This document shows, one piece after another, positions 18,401 through 30,400 of a DNA stretch of 64,000 bases. The DNA is from a virus. Taxonomy: Duplodnaviria; Heunggongvirae; Uroviricota; Caudoviricetes. Positions within the stretch are counted from its first letter, which is position 1. The number at the start of each line of letters is the position of its first letter. The stretch lies in IMG/VR virus record IMGVR_UViG_3300043399_000676. One strand, given 5' to 3'. Under the pieces are notes generated by a model that was given only the letters and a program-made list of their open reading frames with translations, was not told where the DNA came from and did not search any database. The translations under genes were made by a program, and so were the position numbers.

Positions 18401-21400
18401 ACCATATTCACCTTCATCAAATGAACTTAGCGGTCCTTGTGATATCCAACTTACTGCATCATATGACACTAGCATCGGTGTCGATGAGTTCTTCACAGTT
18501 ACATAGTATTCACGCTTTCGTTGACCCACTAACTCAAATGTTAAATAACCAATACCATCAGTCAAATCTTTGGTCGGACCAGCTAATGTTTCTGAGATTG
18601 TAAACTGAGTTTCATTTTCAATCGACTTAACATAATAAGTTTGACCCACTATGATACCACCAAATGGGACATTACCACTAAAGACGATTGGTTTATCAAG
18701 TTCAAGATACAAAGTACTTGCACAGGTAATGAAGTCTGAGGTAGCAGAGGATCTTGTTATAGGAATGATTAGATTTTGAGTTTCGCCAGAATAAAATATG
18801 CTACTAACATCAAACTTTTGTGTAGATATCGATTGAATAGACCAATTGATACCGTCTTCACTTATGCAGGTTGACGCGGTAGTCTCTGAGTTTAAGATAG
18901 CGACATACCTATTTCCATCCCAAACTACATCTCTAACAACCTGTTCGATACCATAAAATGGTTTATCTTTTAGAATTGTATCCAGCGGGTATTGTTCTTC
19001 TGGAGCAAATGGATTTCCATAGTAAATGTTGTATGGGTAGGTAAGACCATTAATCAACTGAGTCAAATCTTTTCCTGGCATGTTTACAGTTGGCCCATAA
19101 AATGCAGTAATTCGATCAAGAGCATTTAGGCTAACATCATCACTCTTTACTTCTCTCCATTTATCATAATCAAATTCAACATCACTGTTGCTTTCAATAC
19201 ATTCATATAAAGAACCGTTGAACATTACTCGACTAGCATCAAAGTTAAATATTTCAGGAATGAATAGATAGGCTTGATTAGTCTCGTAATCGCCAGTAAC
19301 AACTTTAGTTGTTAACGTTGGGTTCTCGTACAATGCAAATGAATTTTGATTTTTTTGTACTGCTGTCATCCAAATATTGGAACTACCAGGTAAAACACCC
19401 ATTACACCTTCAGTAATTTCTCCCCAATAATCAGTTTCAGTTGGCAAAGTATTGTTTGGAACTGGTTGAGACGGAGTATAATACTTTCCATCATACCTAA
19501 CAATGTCACCTAAGGTATACGCTGTATCTAACTCCCAATCACCTAAGTGACTCAATGCATATTGCTGTCCTTCAAAACTTACAATCTGACCGTAGTAATA
19601 TGTGGTATTAGCATTCCATTCTCCGATATAATTATTCAGATGCTTAACGTAAAATACCCTTAATGACTCTCTCAGCGGTGCTCCAGTAACGTTCAATGAG
19701 TAAACCACATCTTCAATCGCTGTTTCTGTGTTTTGATCGAAATCCTCATAAGTTTTCATCACAGTAATTGTTACATCGTTTACACCGCTTACTCCACCAA
19801 ACTCAGACCCATCGACTTGAACTTGATGTCCAACAGGGAAACCCGAACCTCCATCGGTTACAATCGCACCAAACTTGTTGTAAACATTTCCATTTGAGAA
19901 AAATGGGTAAACAATGTTAACAACCATTGGTGTTCCACCTGGTGTAGGTGATGCGAACGTTTTCGTAACTGAAACTTCCTCAGGTACACCAATTACTCTT
20001 GCCCCGTCTATCTGTTTAGGACTGAGAGTTGTTCTTGTCAAGTCAACTGACCAAACTAACCCATCATCTTGTATGAATTTTCCTATTAAGAACAATAGGT
20101 TATTGCTCAGTGAAGAGAACCCGCTAGATGATGCAGTTTCTTCTTGCGTACTCGCCAAAGCGTTAGTTTGATCTATCGCACCAGAGTAAAAAGCACCAGA
20201 CACCCAATCTGTAATATTGGTAGTGAAGGAAGTTCTGTCAAATTTTATCTTTGGCTTAATCTGCTTTGCAGGAGAAGAAGAAACTATAGGAACAACCTTA
20301 GCAGTCAATGAAAGAGACCCTAACTCCAGCCCTGTTAGCGCGATGCGATGAGTATCGACTGATGCATCGAACTCATAAAAATACAGAGAAATTTTATTAA
20401 TACCAACTACACGAACATAATAGTAGTAGTCGTTTATCAATTCACTACCTGGAATTGGATCTTCATTCGTTGAAAACTTAACTAAATCACCATTAATAAA
20501 TGAATGATTTTCAATAGTAATAACGTTTTTGCTTGAATCAACGTCATCCGCAACAAAGTTAAATGTCAATGAGGGTTCTATTGTGAGCGTAGGCTGAACT
20601 GCATATCCGTCGCCTGAATCAACTACAACTATATTTGAAACTCGGTCACCTTTCATTTCAACTCTAAACTTCGCTTCCCTTCTAGGTGCGGGATACCTAG
20701 TAGTGTCAATTGAAGCAAATACTTTTGGAGTAAATGAATAGAGCCTACCTGAGTTCAAAACAACGACACCAGGTAAATTAGTAATAATTGGCGTGCCAGG
20801 CAAATGAACCGCCGGTTCTGATTCAAATGCTCCTCTAGTTACTCCTTGTAGTTTTCCTGTTATTCGATTGATGCTTGTGTATCCAATCAACTCGTTTTCA
20901 ACTTTAATAATACCTGACTCAGGGAAACTATATCCGTTATCAACGAACAACTCAGTAGCAGTAATTGAAACGTATGAAGCTAAAGTTGATACTTGGAAGT
21001 CGTTTACCCCTTCGATTCTTAGACCATAGTTATTGAACCAAGACTGGTAAATTCCACTTTGCCAAATATCTTCGTTAATATTGAAACTGTCACCAAATGA
21101 AGTACCGTACGTTAGCTGCGGCGAAACAAATCTGTCAATGTTTTCGTCGTAGTACGCTGGCAAGTCAAAGTCAGAAATATCACCAAAGTATGGTTCAAGT
21201 TTCTTATACTTTAATTGGAAGTCCTTTATCACAACGTGATAAGGTTTAACTTCATTAATGTACCCAGACAATAATGTTTGATCTGCAAGTTGGTATTTTG
21301 GAGAGCTTTCTAATTCGCTAACTGTCTGAGTTACATCAACGAACGAGGTTTTGTTTAACCAATTGCTGTATGAGTTTACCAAGTTATTTTCGGACTTGAT

Positions 21401-24400
21401 GTACTCAAACATGAGGATTAAACTCTTATTTCTATGAATGATTAGATCATTGACAAAAATCTCTTCATTCAAAGACCGTATGATGTTCTTTGTTTCTTCT
21501 ACTGGAATTTGGTTAAAGGTTTCAGAACCAAAATACCCATCACCAAATCCCTCATTTGTAGATGAATAATCCCATAGCGAAGATTTAAATTGGATAGTTC
21601 CTTTTTCTAATCCAATTCTAACCCAATTACCTTGAGTAAAAATGTGCGTTTCTCTTAAGCCATTGCCATTCCTTGCAACTGCTGCAATTAGGCCTTCATA
21701 TGCTTCAAGCGTATAAAGATCGCTAAATCTTGCAACTTCGACAGTAGGTTTAGTAGTATCGGAATATCCACTTGCCCACCAATTGGTTAATTCCCAATAA
21801 GACGGGGTGTCAACAACTAGATAAGCTTCCCCTCCTTGCTCACTAAATTCTGTTTTGAAGATTAACTGAGGATTTCTAGTCTCAGTGATTGGGAACTGCG
21901 ATAATACCGAGTTTGCATACGTCAAGTAATTCTTCAACGCCTGCAATCTATCAACGAAAAATCCCTGTCTTGGACGAACAAGAACGCCATATTTTAATGA
22001 CTCAGGTAATCTATGGTCAGGAACAGTTTGACCGTTACTATCCATTCCTGCCAAGCTGTCAATAAACTTAGCATAAAGTTGAGTCGGTTCTTGTTGTATT
22101 CTTCTAGGCAACCCTGACAAGAAGTCATCCGCATTGCCCTCTCTTATTAGAGAAAACTTCTGATAACTTGTATCGTCTGAAGATCCATTTGCAACACCAA
22201 CGTGAAGAATAGAATCATCCTTTATAAACTCAGCGCAGTTATACAATCCAAATTTATCACTTGAATAGCCTGCAAAATAAGCGATTCCTGAATTTTGAGG
22301 ATTCAATATATAAAAGGCGATAATAACATCAGACAATGTTTTGCCCATGTTTTCAAATACAAGCCCGGTGTTTCTAACCCAAAAGTAATATCTTGGAGAA
22401 AGAATATTAGCTGCATTTGTTTCATATCTTGTAACAAAATCAGTTGTATTCTTTGGAACACCTGGTCCTGCATAAGCTTCTGGCTTAACTGTGCTTTCAA
22501 TCCATGTATAGACTGCAATATCACTACCAGGGAAAATTGTTCCCCAATATTTACTGTTATAAACTGTATCGTTTTGATGATAATCGACAAATCTTACGTT
22601 AGTTGTGTCAAACCAAATGCGACCAACATAGTGTTTGTCCCAAACTAAATTGCCATTAAGAATCTCTCCGTCTCTGTTATATCCAGCCGGATCAGTCGAA
22701 GTAATGAAGTCAATATTTTGTTGCACTGCACCTAGCAACTTACCTTGTAATGGATCAATGTAGTCTATCAAGCCATACGTTTCTTTTGTATTGCTACTGA
22801 ATATTTGTATGTCTTGAAGTTTGTTGACATCAACAATTTCAGACGGGCTTCTGAATACTGACCAGTTTGCCTTGTTGAGAGCATTTTCAAAATGGAACGC
22901 TTTTCCATTAGTTTCACTTACGTTTTCGTAGTCAGGTACACCAACCATAACGTTGTAGTAACTAAAGTCTAGCGATCTACCAAAGTTAGGATAGATTCCA
23001 TTGTGTTCTCTAAAGTCAACAATACTCTGTGCAAATGCAAATTGACCTGGATCATCAATTGATTCATTTACATTTTGTAGGTAATCGTACATGTAAACGC
23101 TTCCTGCATTTACAGTACCATCAACAAACTTAGTAAAGTCATTATCAAAGTAAGTGTCGTTATCCTTACTATCATCAAAGAAGTCAAATGTTGTGCTTGT
23201 AAATCTAGTATCAGCCGGAGCACTTACGATGAACGATCCATATTGATTAAACTTAATGTTATCACCAAATTGACTTGATCCAAGTTTGTGAACTGAAGTT
23301 ATTTCCTGAGTCTTTTGGTAAAGAGTAAATCCTAGTGATGTCAAAACACTTGCATCAAAAACACTTACGTTTAACTTATTATGAACTGGATTTAGGCTTT
23401 CGTTTATTAGAGTAATAACTAGTTTGTTTTCTAATGCATAAGCATTTACGTTATTAATTCCACTAGTGTTTATACTGTTAACTACGGTTGCCAAATCACC
23501 TTGAATCGTCAATCTAAACCCATTGATTAAAATGTCAACTGGGCTACCAATTGTTTGAAAATCAGATGTGGCTTTAATTAGTCCATACTTTTTGCCACCA
23601 TTGGTAAAACGATAAACAACTCCTTCCTTTCCGTCAGATGAAATTCTGAACGGAGCACCTGCTAGTAATTCATCACCCGCATAACTTGTGTCCAGTCCCT
23701 TTCCAAATCTAATGTGAGGTCTTCCGTCATTTATTTCAGAGGAGTTAATAGTCTGTATTCTGACAAATTTATTTGTATGAACAGTTATGATATCTCCCGC
23801 GCTTAACTCAAGCCCTTCAATCACTGAAGCATTTACAGAGTAGTCATCTACTTGACGAAGTGGTTCAAAGTTCTTAAGAACTCGCGTAACTGTATTAGGT
23901 GTCCATCCTAAGTCAACAGAAGTTTCGTTGCTATCTTGAATTTCAAATGTTTGAACTATTCTATCAAAGATATGAACAGTTCCAGTTTCTATCAAAACCG
24001 AAGACTCGTTTGTTTCTGGTGCTGAAACAAATATCTTTGATCCATCATCATTCGTGCTTATTCTATATCCAAATTTATCAGTTGGGATAGAGGTAGCAGG
24101 AACAATGAAATCATCGTCAACCAAATAATAATTATGTTTAGCGAAATAAATTGTTCCAATTGCATGTGGTTGAGTCAATGTAGAAGTAAATGATATCCTT
24201 GAGTTTGTCCCATCAAAAGAAACACCGCTAACAAGATAAGTTTCATTTCCACTATTACTAAATGATAGTCTTGTGCCAGGTAGGATCGTAGCAGTTTGAT
24301 TTCCAGTAACCGTTACGAATCCTTGACCTACTAGAGTAGCGGAAGTCATTACAAGACCAGTGCTTGAAAATGCCCAATCTTGATTCTTAGCGTAAGCATA

Positions 24401-27400
24401 AACTTTGTTATTTGCAGTTGATCCGACATAAATCCATTGGTTATCTTTAGATATTGCTAGACCAGTTCCCCAATCTGTATCTGACAAATTCGGTGCATCA
24501 ATTGTCTGCTGTAATCTAAGTTCCTTTAACCCATTCGAAGTTATTGCTTGATACACATATATTTTTCTATCTGTATCTAACGTACCATTTGGCTGAGAGA
24601 TCAACACCATATCATCACTATGGGCAATAGTTGTTCCAAATGTTTCTGAATTAACAATTTCTTCAGGAGATTCCAATTGACCAATCTTGTACAAGAACGC
24701 TTTACCTACGTTCGCTACTGTACCGTCTTTTGGTTCAGTTACAATGAATCCCAAGTTTGGAATGTATGCAACTGCTTCTCCAAATGTTGTATTGGAATCT
24801 TTTTCTAGCGAAAGTACTTCTTTGTAATTCAAAGTTTTTCTATAAACGGCCCACGCTCCTGAAACATCTTCATCAACCCAAACGTCAGTTGAATTAAATG
24901 CGGTGTTGGTTAACGGCAAACTTGCAATTTCACTTCCCTTGCTCACTCTATGTGGTTGGAACTTAAATGCAAGTCCAGCGCCCCTTACGTTAAGCATAGA
25001 GAATGCAAGTGACTTTGCAACTCTTACTGTGTTAACAGCAGGTGTAGACAATACTGTATAATACCCATCCATCTCAGGCGAGAAGTAGATTAATCCAAAT
25101 GGATCGTCTATTGCTAATCCATGCGGTGCATTAAATACGAGGTTCACTGTACCATCAAGATTATTATTACACTCAACTACGAGAACTCCATTATTACAAC
25201 TTGTACCATCATATGCACCCAAAGATATAGGTGAGTACACTCTCCATGTACCTTTGTAATCTGCTAACCAAACATAGTCATTATGGTACAACGTAGAAAT
25301 TGATTCTGTGTTTGATGTTAGGCTTGTCAAGTTGTATGCATTAACTTTAATATCATCAAAATTAACATAACCAGCATACGGAAGTTTTGAGCTTTCATAG
25401 TTGGTTGTGGGCAAGACATTTGCATTTGGAAGCTGTCTATCAAAATTATATACATCGTACAATGGAACTGACTGTTGAACATCCGTCAAGCTATTGTTAA
25501 AGATCATTCCAATGATATTTGGATTACTAATTAACTTTGACTGATCCAATTTAACATCAAAAAAGCTTGCGTTTAAAACTCCACCGTACTCTCCAGATTT
25601 AATTGCCCAGTTTTCAAAGATATCATAATCGATTGATCCCTGTTGTAAAGTGACTCCATTAAAGTTGTTAGCAGCATTAAATGTTCCCTTTGTTTTTATC
25701 ATGTTCTTGTAAACATTAACTTGGGAAACATCAGTCAGATTAGCGTCTGACAAATACTGCCTTGGTCGATAACCAATAGAAGAGAATCCTAGCAAGTTTG
25801 TATCATACTCTAAGTTTGTTCTATTGATATCATAGAAAATAGTACTTTCATATGCCGCTAAACTTGGATTAGGCAACAGGCCCTTTTGAACAGTATTATA
25901 ATCTGTTTTTACCCAATCAGTATCACTAAACGAACTGCTTGGCTGAACTACCTTTGTTGCGACCCAGTAATTGTTTTTGTACTTTACAATCACTCCCTTA
26001 GTGTAACCAATGTTTGGTTTCCATTCTTCAATGTTGTCTTGATTAAGAATGAATCCATAAGCATTTACACTACCATCCCAATCAGCAGTCTTAGAACCCT
26101 TAACCAATATTCGTTGCTGACGTAACCCAGTCGTTAAGTTGTAAATCCTATCATTGAATATCGTAGTGTTATTGAAAACTACCACGTGTTCCATATTAAA
26201 TAGGTTTGCCTTGAAGAAGCAAAGACTATCACCTTCGTTTAATGCCCTAACATTGAATTCTGTTCCATCTCGGTAAACACAAAGGTCTTTAAGTTCAATT
26301 GGAAGCAGATTCTGATTTAGAACAATATTCTCTTTCAATGTTAAAGGTTGTACGATTGAACTTTCTTTGTTGATTGTTATTACCTTCGCAGATGGATTGA
26401 CGTTTATAGTTGCGCCCTCTTCCCAACCAGATTGTGTCCAATACAATACTTCCAGAATCATTTGATTCCAACTTATTGCGTTACCGGATTCAATTTGATT
26501 AAATTGCATTCCGGCATTTTCTAAATAAACACCATATGATTTCAAGAACTCTGCAACTGCCTGAATTGTGAAGAATTCTGTCCCGTATGGAACAGCTACA
26601 ATTTCATCCGTGTACTCTTTGCTTACCTTTACTGTTCTGTTTCCTAGAGTCAAGATTTCAAAAATGCCATTGTTTTTAGGAACGGCAGTCTTAAAATAAG
26701 CTTTGTTTTGCGAATTACCCCAAATCTTATGTCCAGTCCTAGTCTTTTGTATTATGATTGAAGAGTATTCAATATTTTCAAATGGTTGATTATCATAAAG
26801 CAATACTGAATAACTAGCATCAGGAATCAATAATGATGTATTCTTAGTAGTTGGTGTACTCTTTTCAACATAAAACTTTAACAAGTCTTTGTCACTAAAA
26901 CCAGCCAGTCTATATGCAAGCCTAACATCCAAGTTGTCCTTGACATCAGTCAACATTTCGACCGCATTTATTCCAAACTGCTTTTCGTAATCAACGATCC
27001 AGTTGATGTAACTATGCTTAGGAATTCCTGACCCGTATATTTCCAAATCAGAAACACGATAATGTCTCCTGTTGTTAAGCAGAAACTGGTTAAATTCTTC
27101 GTTTAATCTGTATTTGTCAGTATCAATAAACAAGCCAAAGAACTTTGCAGGTTCAGTTAATACAAACAACTTCATCAAGTCAAACGGCCAAGTGCTACTC
27201 TTAATATAAGATGCCTCAGTTGGTCCAACATCACCTACTTCCCATTCATTTTTAAATATTACATCGTTGTAGTTACCTACTATTGTATAAAATGGAGAGA
27301 TTAGTTTCCCTTGACTGTCAACTGGAATAATTTTTAGTAAGTCAGGTCTTTTTCTAGTTTCTATAACTCTTGGCGATCCATTGTTCCAATCAATACCATT

Positions 27401-30400
27401 TGCTAAGTCATTCCACAAAACCAAGTTATCACTCGTGTATGGTGCAGATCCGTAGCGAGAATCCCACCATACTGGTTTGTTTGAAAAGCCTAGCATTTCC
27501 CACGGAGCAACGTGAGGTCTATCAGTGTCATACAACCACAAGTAAACTCCTCTCCAACCACCTTGTTCAATTGGAGTTTTTAGTAATCGATTTTCACTAT
27601 CAGTATAGTTCCAAGTAAATGGATTATCTTGATCGTAAAATCTAGTTTTAAAGTCTAATCTGTTTTGACCTACCCAGTTTAAGAATCCTAACGAGTACAT
27701 TTCATTTAGATCGTGCAAGGGAATAGCTGATCTAAATTGCCCAGGTTTAATGTCATCAGATGACATTGCAGGTTTGACTGGTACTTTAAGGTTATTGTAA
27801 ATTCTCTTTTCAAATTCAAATAATACCTTGTCTCGTATGTCTTGTAGTAAGCCATCGTTATACTCACCATATAACTTGGTTAAGCTACCGTCATGCCCTT
27901 TTAAGAAATATGTTGGTTGAAGGTAAGTGTCATCAAGATAAACAGTAGGTTCAAATGATTGGTACAATCCTAGTTTAGTTGGTGTGTTTGGAACAAAACT
28001 TCCATAGGTTTGGTTGTATTCCTTGATTGTGATCACATCACCAATCTGCAAGTCTACATTAACTGTAATAGAAGGACTGTTATCACTTATAACATAGTCC
28101 TTGTCCTTTACTAGCAGAGTTCTATATGTTAAACCGTCTTGGGTTCTGGTCAAGTAAACCAATACTCCATTGTAGTTTGCAACTCCAAAGTTATAAACTC
28201 TACTTAAGTTAAATTGACTAGTATCAGTAAAGTTATTAAAGTTGTAACTGTTTATAATATACGGAGTACCCAAAGGCACCATGTCACTCCAAAAGAATGC
28301 ACTATCGCTATCTTTTGTGGATGCAATCAGTTCAAGGATAGAATCAAGCATCTCATCAGGTGCATAGATGTTTCCAAAGTTAACTTTTGTAGTGGTATCA
28401 ACAATTAATGATTTGAATTTTACATACTCATTTGCATTGTATGTTAGCGCATTAAATATATTGTGGCTAGTGTTTCTTAAGAACATCGCCGAAAATACCA
28501 TAGAGGCACTATGCTGAACTATTTTAGTTCCGTAGTTAATTAGCTTCCCTTGATCTCTGTAGTTATTTGAACCTAGTGAACTTCCAGATATATAAGGAAA
28601 GTTTTTGAAAATTGTTTGATAGTGACCTCTTATCTCACCTATGCTAACAGAGTTTATATCTTCGTTGAATGGGTTATTACTTAAATTAAGAGGAATATCA
28701 AAATACGCCTGCTTACTAACCATTTCACTCAACAAAAGAACTTGCACTGGAGTGCCTGCACTTACAAGTTGTGAAGTCGTAATAAAGGTGTTATTGCCCT
28801 CTATCAAAACCGTAAATTGACTAGGTGTTAATCTTGCGTTATCAACGTAAACTTGCACAGGAGCCCAAGGAGTTTGAGTCACTGATTTTGCAGGAATGTC
28901 ACAAACAAAAGAGTTAGTAGTTGAAGTCGGGACAATGTTAAAGATTTGATATTGAAAAGAAGGTCCTGCTGCTGTTTCCCAGCCAAGCAACTTTTTATAA
29001 TCGTTTAAGGTTTGAAACTCTTGAACATATCCTTCATTAACATTCTTAGTTATTACCTGTCTATTTTGAACATAGGTAAACTTATCCGAATTAAAATTCG
29101 TATCAAAGCTAATGTCACCTAAGTTATAAACAGCACTGTATTTGATTGGGAACCCTAACACTGTATCATTCGCTCCAGTGCCTTCTCCATATGAGAATAA
29201 CTTTGTACCTAAGAAAGAACTACTTGGATATACTGTTTGATCAGATAAACTAACTCCGTTTATGTCGATAACATCAAACAAAGGTGGCTGATTTAGCGTA
29301 AGCTTTTCTTGCGAAGTTTCCCACTCAGTACCAGTAAAATAGAAAGCTTTTCCATACTGAGAAACCATGCTAGGAGTATTTGGATATCTAACTAGTATTT
29401 GTTCTCCTACTTGTATGGGCTCTTCGTTCGTCTCTGACAATGTTATGATTGGATTTATCTTCAATGTCCCAATCATAACACCAGTGTCTGCGTCACCTGA
29501 CGAGATATCAATTATAGTCCCTGAACTGTCCTTTAATTTTATAGAAGTTTCATCTATAATTTCAGCAATGTAATAGTTGATAGGTGATAATCCACCAAAC
29601 GGTGTTCCAGACAGGCTAAGCATTGCATCCACTACTAAATCAGCGGTATTGCTAACTGTGATGACATCCGACGCTTCTGTTTTTGTAACAGCAACCTTTA
29701 CTTCTTTTATCTTTTCGATGTTAACAGTATAGATTGTTTTTCTTCTGACACTATCCTCTTCATTTGCAAAGATTACTCTTGCACCATCGAATAGTGGAAC
29801 GGCTGCTAAACGAGTTGGATCTTCAGTTGCAGTACCTCTGTTAGTTTGATCACTTGTAAAAAAGAAAACATTGTTTTCAGAATCAACCTCAAAGCCCGCC
29901 ACTCTCAATGGACCACTGGATTCAAATGCGTTTCTTACAGAAAAATCTATAAAGTCAACTATGCCTTTGCTTTGAATGCCAGAGTCGAATAATTTTAGAT
30001 TTGGATAGAATTCAATAATTGGTCTTTTTGCTCTTGCAGTTTCAGAGTTTAAAACGCCAAGAATAGTTGGATCATTATTATATCGAGCGGTCGCAGCAAT
30101 TACGTCATAGTGAAACCAACGATTACTTCTTGACCATGGATTTGCGTCAATGCTTGAACGATTTATAGTAATATAATCCGGGGTGAGCGGGACTTCTTCC
30201 GTTAATTCATAATTCTGTGTATCAAAGGATAAGATGTCAAAAGGAGAATAGACTCCTTGACTAAACTTTTCTAGCACAACTAAAGATTTCACATCTATTA
30301 GTTTTATCCCAGTTCCTACTCCTTCAACGTAAAACTCTCTGTTTCTATATTGAGGGCTAAATGTATCACCAAAAAAGATTACTTTTAAACCATTTGTAAA